A stretch of DNA of 63,494 nucleotides, the filler included, from Diploschistes diacapsis (lineage: Eukaryota), in assembly GCA_023645945.1 (NCBI GenBank). It is 27 parts of 27 records of this genome, joined end to end, with 100 filler letters (N's around TTAATTAATTAA, not from the genome) between each part and the next. Parts side by side here need not be neighbours in the genome. Positions count along the whole stretch, not along the records: positions 37,917 to 55,761 come from JALAIB010000434.1; positions 55,862 to 56,867 come from JALAIB010004340.1; positions 56,968 to 57,972 come from JALAIB010004341.1; positions 58,073 to 59,077 come from JALAIB010004342.1; positions 59,178 to 60,182 come from JALAIB010004343.1; positions 60,283 to 61,286 come from JALAIB010004344.1; positions 61,387 to 62,390 come from JALAIB010004345.1; 20 more parts are not named here. One strand, written 5' to 3'. Below, piece by piece: positions 48,542 to 62,490 of the stretch. The notes under the pieces were generated by a model. It saw only the letters and a program-made list of their open reading frames with translations, did not search any database and had not been told where the DNA came from. A program made the translations under genes and the position numbers. Positions within the stretch are counted from its first letter, which is position 1. Each line of letters starts with the position of its first letter.

Positions 48542-50215
48542 CTAGGGTAAGCCTTTTCTTGACGAAGGAGAGTCATTGGCAGCCTCGACACCTTTTTTGC
48601 TCAGCAAGTAATGTCCAAAGAACTTAAGTGCGCCAAAAACCTCCTCACCGGTAGGGATTATGTTCCTTTGAGGTAACAAGAACCCGTAGTTGCCAGTATC
48701 GCGGAGCTTAATCTGATAGGCATACTTGACACCGACGTCATGGTACATCCAATCCAATGCCGTACCGCCGCTCGATTCAATCCGGGGCCAAAGTTGCCTT
48801 TCATTCCGAAACTCCTGGTCTCCGACCACGCTGCCTTTGCAGGCCGACGTAACACCGTAGACCTCTCCGCTGACCTGATGCATTGCTTTGGAGAGACCCA
48901 AGCCAGCCTCTTCTAAGTTTTCTAAGGTAGGAGGTGTTTCGATGCATGAGTAGGAGTAGGGATATAGTACCTGCTGCGAGTATGAGTGAAGGTCCACGAA
49001 GCCAGTAAATTCCACGTTGTTCCTCTCGGTCTCGTTCTTGACCCAGTTGGCTAATCTCAGAGCCTCCACCGCCTGGAACGGGATGTCGCCTGCAAAGCTC
49101 TCTGAACAGGGATTGCCCTTGGTCCGCTTGCCATCCCACCCGAATCCGAAAGAACGATCGACATCGAGACCTTTACAGAATTGCAAGCTCGTCTGCTGAG
49201 CGTTCTTCCTCCAGAGGCGATCAACCTCCCATGTGTAGACATAGCCGTCCGGGTTCAGCGTTGGAACAAAGACCCAGTCAAACTCTTCCATCAGCCTTGT
49301 GATTTCTCTGCTTTTGCCGTATGAGGTAATCATAGAATAGGCCGCATAGCTTACTGACGAAACGCTGATCCATTCGCGAGCGTGGCTGCCTCCCAAGACG
49401 AGTATGGTTTGGCGCGGATCTGCCGGTTGTTCAGAATTTTGAGGATGTACTCCAATACGGAGTCCTTTTATTTCCCTTCCCTCATAGGAGGTCCCGAGGT
49501 TTACTATGCGAACATGCGTGGGAAACAAAGACTGCATCAAACTCATCCATGGCAGGATCACGGAGAGCGCCTGATAATCTCTAAAGAATAGGTTTGCCTG
49601 GTCAGGATCTCTATGCAAAGAAGGACTGAACGAGCGGTGGGGCTCAAAAGCATGTTGCTGACGGCCCGGGCCTGTGATGGCTGGCGATGGCAGAGACTCG
49701 TATATAGTTTGTGCGAGATCATGCATCAAAGGCGTGTGTGCATGCTGCATAGAATCCGGCAACAACCCCAGGAGCGATGGCAGCTAGAATGGTGAGCGAT
49801 AGTCCTCTGGCAAAAGCTGCGGAAAACTTACTACGTCCTTGGCGAGTCGAATATCCGCCCATTCCGCTGTGACATCCCAGACATCAAGGAACAGAGTGTC
49901 AACAGCTTCCGCTAGCGCAGCGGACTCCTTCTCCGTAGAGACATTGAAACGTAGAACAATGTCCCTGTCATATCGTTCCTTGAATGCGTTTGGAGGCCTT
50001 GGGGGAGCACTGACAAACTGGCCTGGCGAGGGCGATATGCTTGTGCCTATGGATGACTGGCCGGGAGTTAATTTAACAAGAGCATTTCGCAGTCTTGCAA
50101 AGAGACTCATATGGGACGATTCAACGCCATGGGTGGCTTGGGTGCTGTAGAAGGGATGGGGCGATACCAATGGCAATGATAGGGCCGACAGTAGAGCGAA
50201 GGAGGTCAGGAGCAT
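48542..50215 (-). CDS. ECM14: Inactive M14 metallocarboxypeptidase Ecm14 (2 exons, signal peptide and prodomain)
   Basis: HAREWIS, WRKN and DLHSYSQ, plus YQIKLRDTG, which has Lys in place of the catalytic Glu270 as in Ecm14. Confidence 0.93.
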
Positions 50216-50885
50216 GATGGGAGATCTGATTTGCTTTACAGTTCAAACATGAGGGCGTAGATAGTATGCGATTGACGAACTGCAGCCTGGAGAAAGCGTT
50301 TGAGAAGCTTCAACGGCCAAGTGTTGCATTGTGGGGTTTATTAATACATGCTGATATAACTACTATCCTCATTCATCATTACGGTCTAGTACAAGCAGGT
50401 TCTCTCCTCCGTGAAAATCCATTCAATCCCGGTGTCGACCTCGTATTTGCCGGCTTTACTAAGAATAGCATTTTGTCGTTACATTTTGTACAAAAGGGAG
50501 AGGAGGTTCGTTATTACGACCCGACCAGGTTATCCAGGAACTTTACTGTTGAACTTCTTTCTGCCTGCGTGTGCATGTAATGTACCGCATCCCAGGAGAG
50601 AAACATTCCGAGTCGTCTTGTATACTTCTTTCTCACTTGTCTCAGCCACCAGAGCGCTGGCTGAACACCACCGAAAAGGTAGGAGAGGGACATAACCTTC
50701 GCTCCGTCGTCATACCTTCTAGTTCCTCTCTCCATGCAGCAGCAATCACACGTCCCACTGCATACAGCTTGTTGTTGCACGTACTCAAGCCTGCAGCTCC
50801 CATTACTCCCATATTCTCACCTCTACTCCGACCTCTACTTTCGATGCGCGACAAATGAGCCTCCAGCTACCGCTCCTTGGCCGCC

Positions 50886-53800
50886 ATGCCTCCCTGGACT
50901 CGCAACCGCGCGGACAAGTCGAAAGAAAAAGCAAGTGAGAAAGAGCTGCGACGTCAAACATTCATAGAGAATGGGCAGCAGGTGACTCCACCGCATGACG
51001 CCGGGGCCGCCGCGGGCCCGAGCGCGTTGACGCAGGTTCCATCAAGAAGAAACCGAAGGTTGAGGGATTCTGTGGTATCATTGAGTGCGGTCAATGAATC
51101 TCCCGCTGGCCAAGATGGAGCATACTCCCACTTGAGGGTTCTTGAGCCTTCGGAAAGGTCTACAAAGAGCAATCGGTTCAGTCTTATGAAGTCTCGCCAT
51201 GCTTCAGATCCACAACTCTCTAGAACCGCAAAGGAGCATGCTGAACATACTCCTCCTGTTCCAAAGCGTGAGTTTCTCATTCATCCCCTGTAACATACTC
51301 TCTGGCTCATCTCGCCAAGTTTCTCCGCCCAGTATCATAACGACAGCACCAACGCAAGAGGTCCTCGGAAGCTCGAAACGCAAATCCGCCTTCTTTCTCC
51401 CTAGACGGAATAAATCACCGACTCCTCGGCGAAGACAACAAGCGATAGAGGGCAATGTCGATCTGGAAAGCTCGCCCGTCGTTACCTTCCATGAGCCCAG
51501 CTTCTCCCAACCCACAGCTAGCAACGTCGGTCCCCCTCCTTATGGGGATGAGGCCAATTCGGCATTAGCTCTTCCAGTGTCACGAATCTCCGACTCTTCG
51601 AGGTCTGACGGAAGCTCTGGCGATCATGGAGTCTACGCCACCACTACAACGACCCATATTGTTTCCACCACCACCACCTTTTTTCGTCTACCTCGTCGAA
51701 AGACAGGGAAGGGTCCTCTCTTCCCTTTACCACCCAAAGGCGGCTCAAGCAATGCGTTGGCAGGCGAAACTCCGCGCCTATCGACTGGACAAAATTCGCA
51801 CTCGCCGACCAAACCATATTTCCCTCCACATCCAGAACAAGGCAGCACAAGCGGTAATCCTCGAAGACACCTGACTTTTGACATTGAGCGTAGTCAATCC
51901 AGAGCATCGACGCGATCCGGAAGGCCATCGTCAGCTATCCCGAGGGGTTCTACAGCGGAGCAGCGCGGCAGATCGTCAACCATAAACTCTCACCGAAGGG
52001 GCATAGAGGACGACAGCATACCCACCCCACCCTTGCCTCATTCTACGCGGACCTCAACATCTACTGCAGGAAGGCCTAGTCTCACGGGGATATTCAACCT
52101 CTCGCGTCTCAGACAGTCATCGGAGCCCATGTTTGGCCGCAATCAGTTTGGCGCTAGCGGCCCAGATACCCCTCGCTCGATCGATTCGAAGCAGACGTCT
52201 TTCAACTTACCTAGAGACCCTCCTATAGCTCTTCCCTGCCGGGAAGAGGGCGACACACCTGCCAGGTATCTTGCGAGATTAGAGGAGGTGGTCAACCGAG
52301 GAGCCTTGGTTGCGCTTATCTCAAAGTCAAACGATGACTTTATGAAGAATGTGCTGCGCAGTTTCATGCGACGTTTTAGTTTCTTCGAAGAACCTCTGGA
52401 TATGGCAATCAGAAAATTGCTCACCCAGGTACAATTGCCAAAGGAAACCCAACAGATCGACCGCACGGTGCAGTCATTTGCCGATAGATACCATGAGTGC
52501 AACCCTGGGATCTTTGGCTCGTCCGATGACGCATATTTTGTGGCATTCTCCATCATAATCTTGCACACCGACTTCTTTAACAGCAATAACAAGCACAAGA
52601 TGCAGAGGCACGACTACGTGAAGAACTCGACCCGCAAAGAGCCGTCTCAGGAAAGCCGCGAGGCAAAGGCTGAACTCAACGACGAACCAAGCGGAGTCAC
52701 TCCAGAGATACTGGAATGTTTCTACGATAACATCGTCTACACGCCTTTCATCCATTTGGAAGATGAGGTCGAACTGACCAGCGAGCGCATCATAGCGCAC
52801 AAAGCTTCGAGTAGGAACGTGTTAAGACCCTCAAGCACGCATTCAGTCAAGAAATCAAACTCTGGACCTATTGATCCATACTTACTGATATTTGATGGCA
52901 GATTAGACGTGCTGCGGCCCCCTTTGGAAGACATCCTTTCACTAGATGATCCATTCAGTTACCTTGGCACAGCTAGTTCGATCGATGTCTCTGAGCTCAA
53001 TCGCTGCTTTTTTAAATACGGTGTAATTCAGATTCTATCTTCGAGATCACGACCAGGTGCGTTCATGAATCAAGCAACGATTTCAAACCCTGCGGAGTCA
53101 CATGTGGGAATCGTGGATATGAAAGTGACTAAGATTGGGATCCTCTGGCGGAAGGACCCCAAAAAGAAAAAGACAAGATCGCCATGGCAGGAATGGGGCG
53201 TAATACTCACTGGATCGCAGCTTTACTTCTTCCGCAACACGACGTGGATCAAGAATTTAGTGAGTCAATTCGAGGCGCATCGGAAGGGTGGGAAAACAAA
53301 CACTCCACTTGTCTTTAAACCTCCGCTTGAGCAACTCAAGCCGGAATTCTTGCTGTCAACAGACCAGGTGATCGCCCTCCGGGACTCAGAGTATAGAAAG
53401 CACAAGTATGCCTTCTTCATAATGCGCCAGACCGCATACCAGGAGGTTTTCCTGGCTGACGATGAGCCGGACATGAACGATTGGCTTGCTAAAATCAATT
53501 ACGCCGCCACTTTTCGAACTGCCGGCGTCCGCATGAGAGGCATTTTGAGTGGGTTCACTGAATCCACTGTACCTCTTGAGGGCCGTAAGATTGAGTCTCG
53601 ATCTTCTGCCAGATCCAACCTTACTTCGACCAACATCTTGCTTGGACACACCACTAACGCTGATGAGGAACTCACTCGACAGATAATGCAGGCGAGACGA
53701 CAGATCATGTTACAAAAGACTTATGAATCTCGAGGAAGGATATCGGAGTTTGAAAAGATCCTCGAACATCTGCTGCGGACCGCCCGGCACCTTTGTGTTC

Positions 53801-54993
53801 TGACCCCAATACAAACACGTACGCGTGAAGAGCTTACTGCGGCGGCCTTGCGACTTGCTACGAATATCAGATGGGCTCGGATCGAGAAATGGCGGGTCCA
53901 AGCGCATGGCAATATACTACAACTTGATCTTGACGAAGACAGCAAACCCACGAGCAATAGCATAGCCGTCTCGAGCAATAAAAACGAATCTACTCCGCTA
54001 CGCTCAAAGGAGAAGGATAGCAAGCTGCCTTTTGCTCGCTTTAATTCTAAAGGCGCCAGCACCGCGACTCCAAGCAGCTCCCGCTCTCGTCCATCGAATC
54101 AGCCTACGGGCGCTAAGCTCTTTAGCATGGATGATATCTTCAGGTCGCCTTCCAGAACCAGGCAACAACCTCACAAGGCCAAGGGCTCCTGGGAGATACC
54201 TCCCATGTCATTCGAACGCGGAAGGTCTGTCTCGTTAAGCCGCTATTCAAAGACATCATCGAGAAGGTCATCTGACCAGCCTACGGAACAGTCCTTCAGT
54301 CCTCTTCGTGCCGATACAGTCTACTCAAAGCCCGAAATTAGTCGGGCATCATCGTCAGTAGCTGGATCCACGGACATCAAGGATGAACACGATGTCCTTG
54401 TCGAAGCAGGTATAGTGTCACCAGAATCTCAAAACTCCAAGGGTGACAAAGGCGCACCAAACGACAGCGAGGATAAAGCGAAGATCCCAGAGCTTGAGGA
54501 GAAGGAAGGGCTGTCGAAGGTGCGACACAGCTTGCATCGGAAACTTCAGAATGCCCACGTTCCTGTCCATCACCGAAGCAGGAAGGCCAGGGACTCCAGT
54601 GCCAGTGCGGCCATCTCAGAAGACAGCACCTCCACGGCTGAGGGCGAGGTCTTGGCTCGAGCTTCTGGCAGCTTTACTGTACAAGGCAAGAAAGCCTCGA
54701 TCGTCACATTTGGCTCGGAGTGGCAGAATTTCGCCCTAGAAGATCGTCGTGTGCGGCGATCAACGCACGAGGACGACACCTCCCTCCACCATCCATCTTC
54801 TTCAGCTTCTCGGTCCTCGACAGTGGAAGCTCCCAGCACCATTCGTAGCCTGGGTTTTGTTGCTCCGTCGGAAGGAGTTTCGGCTGAATCACCTCCGGTA
54901 TCACCACGCATGCAGGCGCAAAGCCCAGCGTCGGATGAGAAAGAATTACTCGATGACGAGCCGGAGCTCCAGGAGGAAGCTGTTGGCGCTTAA
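50886..54993 (+). CDS. Sec7-domain plus PH-domain ARF guanine-nucleotide exchange factor (Syt1-like)
   Basis: Sec7 PLDMAIRKLL...LPKETQQIDR...YHECNPGIF...ILHTDFFN; PH KIGILWRKD...WQEWGVILTGSQLYFF...DWLAKINY; one intron at about 51268-51319. Confidence 0.93.
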
Positions 54994-55636
54994 TGGTAGC
55001 CAAGCTAATGAACTTATGATAGTATTCTCTCCTTTTTGACTTATCCGACATCTTGCTTTGATTTAGATTCTCTGTATCATAGGTTTAGGGTTTTTGATCG
55101 CGGTGGCTGGCTGCTGGATCTCACATAGAATTCAGGGGCTCACGGCAATAGCATGGCGCTAAGGATGACGAAGATATTCAAAAGCAGGAATGGTGAGACA
55201 ACAACGCTGCTGCGGAGGAGTTACGGAAATAATCCCAATATAGACATTTTTCAACCAACCTCTCTGTTTCTGCATACTATCCTTCTCCCCTCACAACGAC
55301 AACTGGTGACAGCGATATCCATCCTAGAACAAAGGAAACCGATTCCTCCTGGCGTATAGACCCTTTCCGGGGCTCATCCGTACGAATCGGGCCTCCTGAA
55401 GGGCGGGGTTGGGAACTTTCACCCACCAACCCCCCCCTCATTCCCTCGAGCTTTACTAGTATGAAGTTTCCGATAGAGCTAGAACTAGTCTAGTAGGTAG
55501 AAAAAGGGCACGAAAGATATAAAAAAAGAAACAATACTAAAATAAAATGCTTTGATACCTCGGGGCCCAAAAAAAAAACACAGTTCCTTCTTTCGTACGT
55601 GTTGTATATAGCTATCCGCCAGGTCAACAACTTAAC

Positions 55637-55761
55637 ATGCGGGTCTCCTTTGCGCTCGTCTGGCCGGCAATTGCTCTGCGGCTTGGAGGAGCGGTGGCTG
55701 GCTCTTTCTACGACAATCCGGAGCAGGACGTGCTGTACAATGAGGCGCTGCCGTCGAGGGA
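55637..55761 (+). CDS. N-terminus of a secreted-type agmatinase/ureohydrolase-like gene, truncated
   Basis: Signal-peptide-like MRVSFALVWPAIALRLGGAVAG followed by SFYDNPEQD, which resembles fungal agmatinase N-termini as I recall them. Cut by the contig end. Confidence 0.55.
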
Positions 55762-55861
55762 NNNNNNNNNNNNNNNNNNNNNNNNNNNNNNNNNNNNNNN
55801 NNNNNTTAATTAATTAANNNNNNNNNNNNNNNNNNNNNNNNNNNNNNNNNNNNNNNNNNNN

Positions 55862-56086
55862 GTTTATATATAATTAATTCGTTCGTCGTTTATTATAAAT
55901 TTAATAAACGGTGTTTTCAAGACTCGCCGTTTATAAAAATAAACGCGACCGTTAAGCGATAACGAAAGCCTACTTACCGCTCACGAAGGTGAGCGCGAAC
56001 AATAAATGTATCACGTGACCCCTGGTCCCGTGACTGATCTATATACAAAGCTGGGACGTGCCAAGTCTGGTACTTGGATCATAACA
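55862..56086 (+). mobile_element. L4 LTR, 3' part
   Basis: Near-identical to 6867-7093; ends CTTGGATCATAACA. Confidence 0.8.
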
Positions 56087-57077
56087 AATAAGTTTTTATC
56101 GATGGTTTTTTTTTAGGGTAAATGGGTATAAGAGAAGATGTTTTAGGGATAGCTTTTGGGATAGGGACATGTTAGCTACATGCTCATGAGGGCATGAGCT
56201 TTTGTTTGTAAGGGGATATTGTGGTAGCTGCTAGGCTGGCTGGTGGATGCTTGTGGATTGCTACTACTGGCAGGTGGTGCCGACCTCGCTGCCGAGGCAT
56301 CATCTATAACGATGGTGCTTGGCATCTACTGTATATAAGTAGATTTTGCTCCAGATTAGCTACGAATCGACACTTACTCCTCTCACTAGATTTCTCTGCC
56401 ATTTATCGGCAGCCATCTATCAGTCACATAATTAATTATATATAACGATAGGTCGGGTAGTGCCCTTCAATATTATAACGTTATTAAATAATTACGTCCA
56501 ATTATTTAGATCGTAATATTATCCCTTTCCTTCAGCTTTATCGGCCCGACAAACCCCGAAAAATAAATATAAATAATAAATAAAAGAAAATCCTATATCG
56601 TAAAACAATAATGTCTTTTTCAATTACTCGTAATCATAAACTTACCAACCGTATCTTTTAATCAGGTAGAACTGTTAACTTTTTTTATTTCTATTATTTA
56701 GTCTTATATCGTTATATTATCATATCGTTCATTTCTTTTCGTTACGAAAAATACGCTCGCCTCGATCGAAAGAACTACGTCTCGATATCTTAAGAGGTTG
56801 TGGATAGAATTTATATTCAAATAAAATCTAAATTAAAATCGGAAGAGAAAAAAAAACGAAAACTCTTNNNNNNNNNNNNNNNNNNNNNNNNNNNNNNNNN
56901 NNNNNNNNNNNTTAATTAATTAANNNNNNNNNNNNNNNNNNNNNNNNNNNNNNNNNNNNNNNNNNNNTATAAATACTATACCCCGATCTAAAACAATTCC
57001 CTTTAAACCCCCGTATTTAATACAGACTTCTCGTAAAAAAATCTCTACTAACTCGCTTAAACTTATTATTTTAAATA

Positions 57078-57754
57078 GGCCGGCCGTTTCGTGCCACGGA
57101 CACTTCCACGGACACTACCGAGAAAATTTTTTAAACACGACACTGCCACGGACACTACCGCTAAAATTTTAAAACACGGATACTTCCACGGACATTACAC
57201 TACAGTAAAAGCACGGACACGGACACTACGACTAAAATTTTAAAACACGGATACTTCCACGGACATTACACTACAGTAAAAGCACGGACACGGACACTAC
57301 GACTAAAAATTTTAAAACACGGATACTTCCACGGACACTACCGTCAAAATTTTTAAAACACGACACTGCCACGGACACTATACTGCAGTAAATCCACCGA
57401 AACATTACCGTGAATCCACCGAAACACCGCGGTGAAAAAATAAAAGCGTAAAAAATAAACGTAATAATTCCAGAACTATTAAAAAATAAATATTATTTAA
57501 AAGTATTTCGGTAAATATACGAACACGCCAGTAACTCCACTGACACGGACACTACGACTAAAATTTTTAAAATACGGACACTTCCACGGACACTATATTA
57601 TAATGAAAGCACGGACACGGACACTACGACTAAAAATTTTAAAACACGGACACTTCCACGGACACTGCACTGCAGTGAAAGCACGGACACGGACACTACG
57701 GCTAAAAATTTCAAAACACGGACACGGCCGTGTCAGTGTCCGTGACGGCCAGCC
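57078..57754 (+). mobile_element. Complete family A non-autonomous TIR element (about 677 bp)
   Basis: TA-GGCCGGCCGT...ACGGCCAGCC-TA; interior of ~71-bp tandem units containing ACACGGACAC; no coding capacity. Confidence 0.88.
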
Positions 57755-58328
57755 TAATGCTAACTGACCAAAATTAGGTAGTAGATAAACCATACACTCG
57801 CTAAGTATAAGCATGATTTATTAAATTTAATAAATATAGACATCTATAATCCATTTTTAAAGTCTATTAAAAACAATTAATACTTTATAAAAATCGTAGA
57901 TAATTATTCGCGTAAAATCTGATCTATCTTATATAAAACCCGAAAAGAAGTCGTTCGCATTATATAATACTGNNNNNNNNNNNNNNNNNNNNNNNNNNNN
58001 NNNNNNNNNNNNNNNNTTAATTAATTAANNNNNNNNNNNNNNNNNNNNNNNNNNNNNNNNNNNNNNNNNNNNGAATTATCACGACAATAGAATTCTATTT
58101 CGTATATAATATTTGTCGTGTAGGAAAGTACGAATATCTAAACCATGCGGAATTCTGCGAACCAAAGATCTGCCGTGATAAGAACTATATGATTCTAATA
58201 TATCACGATTATAAACTTCGGTTAAAAATCGAGAAGAATATAGGAATTAACGAGTTAAATTCTATATATCTTATATATAAAAAATAAAACGACCTTTACT
58301 ATAAAAATAAGAAATATAAATACTATTA

Positions 58329-59077
58329 ACGTGTTTGACGGTGAGTCCGGCCACCCCTAGAGTCCGGCCACCTCAAATCACTACCGCCAACATTCTACGG
58401 TTTTTAAATATAACCTATTCGTCGCAATCAGAATCTAATCGATCTAAATCGAATCTATTTTCTTCCTCTTTATCTTCTTCGATTTCAAAAATGCGACGAC
58501 GTTTTTTACGCGTTGTAGGTCGTTTCGAAATTGTCCGACTCGATTTAACCCGAATTGCTATCTTAAGAACTTCGTTTGTATTAAACATAAAACGATTTTC
58601 TAATTCGATTCGTTTATTTAATTTACGTTTCTTACGATTATTAAGAAGCGTTTTTTACTTTCGGTTTTCTTTACGAAGCGTTATAAGCTCAGTATACGTC
58701 GATTTAAATATACGAGTTATTCGATTCGAATAACGTCGAATCGGACTAATTAATTCTAAAACGGCTCGTAACGTCTGATTAAATTCTTTATTAACCTTTC
58801 ATAGTTCGATCGCATTTGGTAAAGAGTTATATAATAAAAATAAATCTGAATCGAATTAATTCGAGGTTAAAAAAGAGTTATAAAATGGAAATAAAAGGAT
58901 CCGATAAATCGAATAAAGCTTATTAAACACGATTATAGGATTAATAAATTATAATTTAATATTTATAAAGCCTGTTTAAGCGTTTTAATTTATAATAGCT
59001 CGATTTTAAACTATTAAAAATAATTCGATCCATTTTAAGCGTGCTATACGCGATTTATTAAGTCGAGTAATATAATC
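58329..59077. mobile_element. Family B terminus plus RIP-degraded transposase 3' region
   Basis: TA-ACGTGTTTGACGG... TIR; longest copy in the window. Confidence 0.85.
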
Positions 59078-59585
59078 NNNNNNNNNNNNNNNNNNNNNNN
59101 NNNNNNNNNNNNNNNNNNNNNTTAATTAATTAANNNNNNNNNNNNNNNNNNNNNNNNNNNNNNNNNNNNNNNNNNNNAGATGAAATAATTTATCGACGAT
59201 AGCTAATATCCCGCCGTTAATTTCGAAAATATTTTTAAAATCTTACGAAAGTTTTATTAATTAAATCTCGAAAAAATAAGATTTTCGTGACTAATAATAC
59301 CCGAGGATAAATAACTTACGTCAATAAAAATTATAAACGGGAACGAATCTTTAAAATAAAACGATATCGATTATTACGACGATTATATTTTTTTATAAAA
59401 TCTAAAAACGTATTTAATTAAAAACGATATTAAAAGAGGTTTAAAAAGACGGAAACATTTATTATAAAAAAATAACGGATATCCTTTTAAATAAATCAAA
59501 AAAAGAAATGAAGATCGAGGTAAAGATTGATTAAAAAAAGAGGATCGCGCTTATAAGAGACACAAGCATCTGAAAAAGGGGGTAA

Positions 59586-59903
59586 TAAGACAGCCCAGCC
59601 TAGGGGTCTGCCAAGCCACGGCAGGGTTAATGCCCAGGTGCTTGCCAAGACACGGCAGGGTCAATGCCCAGGTGCTTGCCAAGACACGGCAGGGTCAGGG
59701 GGTGGTTGTGTAGATGGGTAGTCCCCGAACCCCGGTAGGCTAGCACCCACACTACTTAACGGTGCCCTCCTTTCATTTAGATAGTTTTTTCTTCAGTTTT
59801 TCGAATCGAGACCTTTTATCTGCAGATGCCTAGTTACACCTAATCCTTCCGGATCAGGCTAAGCCCCCCGTAGAGTAGCATCCTTTCCTGCGCTGGCGTT
59901 TCA
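59586..59903 (+). mobile_element. L2 LTR subfamily with a ~35-bp tandem repeat
   Basis: PPT AAAAAAGGGGGTAA; repeated TGCCAAGACACGGCAGGGTCAATGCCCAGGTGCT; ends GGCGTTTCA. Confidence 0.85.
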
Positions 59904-60024
59904 TAAAGATATAAATAAAGAAAGCGGAATTAGAAATAACGAGGATAAACGCGGCAACGTAAACGACAACAAATACAATCGAAATGAAAGAAAAGCCGAC
60001 ACGAATACGAGATAAAGGCTAGCA

Positions 60025-60182
60025 TGTTATGATCTCTATCTCTACAACGTAGACACGAGGTATTGATCAAGGTGGATTTGGTCTCTGGTAGAAGAGGAGT
60101 ATGGAAGAAGAAGAAGAAGTAGATCGGTTATAAATCTATATTAATTTCTAAAAAGATTATTATCTGATAATAAATATAAACG
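60025..60182 (+). mobile_element. L4 LTR 5' end, weakly RIP-mutated
   Basis: TGTTATGATCTCTATCTC... is the unmutated counterpart of the termini at 5900 and 36682. Confidence 0.65.
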
Positions 60183-60718
60183 NNNNNNNNNNNNNNNNNN
60201 NNNNNNNNNNNNNNNNNNNNNNNNNNTTAATTAATTAANNNNNNNNNNNNNNNNNNNNNNNNNNNNNNNNNNNNNNNNNNNNGTTTTAAAAAATAACGAT
60301 ATTCCGAAGAACGATATTACGAAATATAAAGAAACGATAAGATAATTATTAATAAAAACATAAATCTATTATCCGATTTCTAACGTTAAATTAAATATTC
60401 AAGGATCTTTAAATAATAATTTAAACGAAGACGTATCGTATGAATTTCGTGTTAATAACCGTGTTATTATTAAAAAGAAATACTTTAAAAGAAAGGTTCT
60501 TATTATTAACGATCGGAATCATCCAGACCACGAATAATTAAATAAATATAAGGATTTCCGATGCGATTATTTAGATTATTAAGACGGGAAATATGTCCTA
60601 TACGGTAAGTTAATTATTAATATAACGTTCGAACGATATTACGAATATGTTTTACACGATATTTAATATCCGAATTATAACTCCATAAACGATTATATCG
60701 ACAAGAACTACAGAACTT

Positions 60719-61038
60719 TGAGACAGCCCAGCCCAGGGGCCTGCCAAGCCACTGCAGGGTTAGTGCCCAGGGGCTTGCCAAGACACGGCAGGGTCAATGT
60801 CCAGGTGCTTGCCAAGACACGACAGGGTCAGGAGGTAGCTATATAAATAAATAATCCCCGAACCCCGGTAGAACTAACACCCATATTACTTAACGGTACC
60901 TTCCTCCCACCTAGATAATTTCTTTTTCAGCTTTTCGAATCGAGACCTTTTATTTACAGATACCCAAACTATATTTAATCCTTTCGGATCAGGCCCAGCC
61001 CCCGATAAAATAACATCCTTTCTTACGTTAACGTTTCA
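60719..61038 (+). mobile_element. L2 LTR (35-bp repeat subfamily)
   Basis: TGAGACAGCCC...GTTTCA, colinear with 59586-59903. Confidence 0.85.
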
Positions 61039-61975
61039 TATTCGAAAAGCTCACTTTACCTTCGCACTCGTGACGAGAGTTTAAAACGTCAACCGAATTA
61101 AGTATTCAAGTAAGTCCATAACAACCGGAACTCGAAAGTATTATCCGCCGATTTATTATAAATAATAGCCCCCGCTGATAAAAAGAATTAAAAAAAATTT
61201 TTTTATAACACCTCCGATTTTTAAAAAATCAATTAAGATCCCAACGATTAAAAAATACGATTCAGAAAACGAATCGACAGTTAAAANNNNNNNNNNNNNN
61301 NNNNNNNNNNNNNNNNNNNNNNNNNNNNNNTTAATTAATTAANNNNNNNNNNNNNNNNNNNNNNNNNNNNNNNNNNNNNNNNNNNNGCGTTATAATATAA
61401 CGGCCACGTTACGAGTAAAAAACGATATTTTATCGTTCACGATTTATATAAAAATTTTTAAAATTATTATCGATATAAAACTTAAATAAAAAAAAATTTA
61501 CGAAAAATAAAAAATAAGACGAACGAAACGTATTCGACGTTAACGCGGATCGCGATATCGACGTAAAAAATATCTTTACGGGACGCGCGTTAAGTATATT
61601 ACGTAAAAATAGGAACGAGTATATTATACGAAAACGGGATATAAACGGAACCGTAACGGTCTAAATCTAAGAAAAGAAAGAAAAAGCTCGAGCGTTTTTA
61701 AAATCGTGTATTCCGTATAATTACGAGAGCATATAGATTAACCCCGATTACGAAATTAAAAACCGAGGCTTATATACTCCCGACGGATCTTTATTTAGTC
61801 GATATAACGGCGCGTATTTATCGGAAACTCGAAATCAACGGAATAATAACGGAAATTAAAGAACGATACGTAGCGATAATAAAAAGATTACGATTAAAAC
61901 GAAAATAGAGAACGGAAATTAAGTTGACGTTAATTCAGCTTCGGGCGGCATAAATAAACGATAAAAAAAAAGGAA

Positions 61976-62390
61976 TGTTTTGGGCAACGCATGTATTGAA
62001 GTCTAGATATCTAGAGATCTAACTAGAAGGAATAGTCTGCATGCAAGCTCTTATACCAATAGAATCCATTAAGCCCTATAAACTTACACTATTCCCGATT
62101 AAGATTAACAGGAACCCCAGTAGGTTCAACTAAACTAAATCTGAACCTAAAATTCAGCTGAACTTCCTAATTATGTATTCTGCCTGCCTGTTTAACACCC
62201 CCTCACGGGCGGAATTATCGGCATATTTATCTAATCTAATTAAATACCTTCTATATTAATCTAAGTCTTTTAACGAATATGTTGTATTTAATATAATTCA
62301 GTAGTTTCGTTAATCCGTCGGCAACTATTTTATTTATAAATATATAAATAATATTAATACGATTTCGTTTAATTAAATCCCATATATAAT
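61976..62390 (-). mobile_element. Copia RNase H end, PPT and L1 LTR (61976-62197)
   Basis: Reverse complement of 31390-31804; PPT GAGGGGG precedes TGTTAAAC. Confidence 0.85.
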
Positions 62391-62490
62391 NNNNNNNNNN
62401 NNNNNNNNNNNNNNNNNNNNNNNNNNNNNNNNNNTTAATTAATTAANNNNNNNNNNNNNNNNNNNNNNNNNNNNNNNNNNNNNNNNNNNN

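Noticed and set aside
48700..48730. Loss of the catalytic Glu in the carboxypeptidase as a novelty
   Set aside because: The Glu-to-Lys change is the known Ecm14 family signature.
57078..57754. CRISPR-like array of regularly spaced repeats
   Set aside because: The intervening sequences are themselves repeated, so there are no unique spacers. There are no cas genes, the context is eukaryotic, and the array is bounded by TIRs.
58335..58733. Conserved 132-aa ORF repeated at 62652 and 35264
   Set aside because: It starts inside the TIR and is best read as an antisense shadow of the RIP-degraded transposase end.
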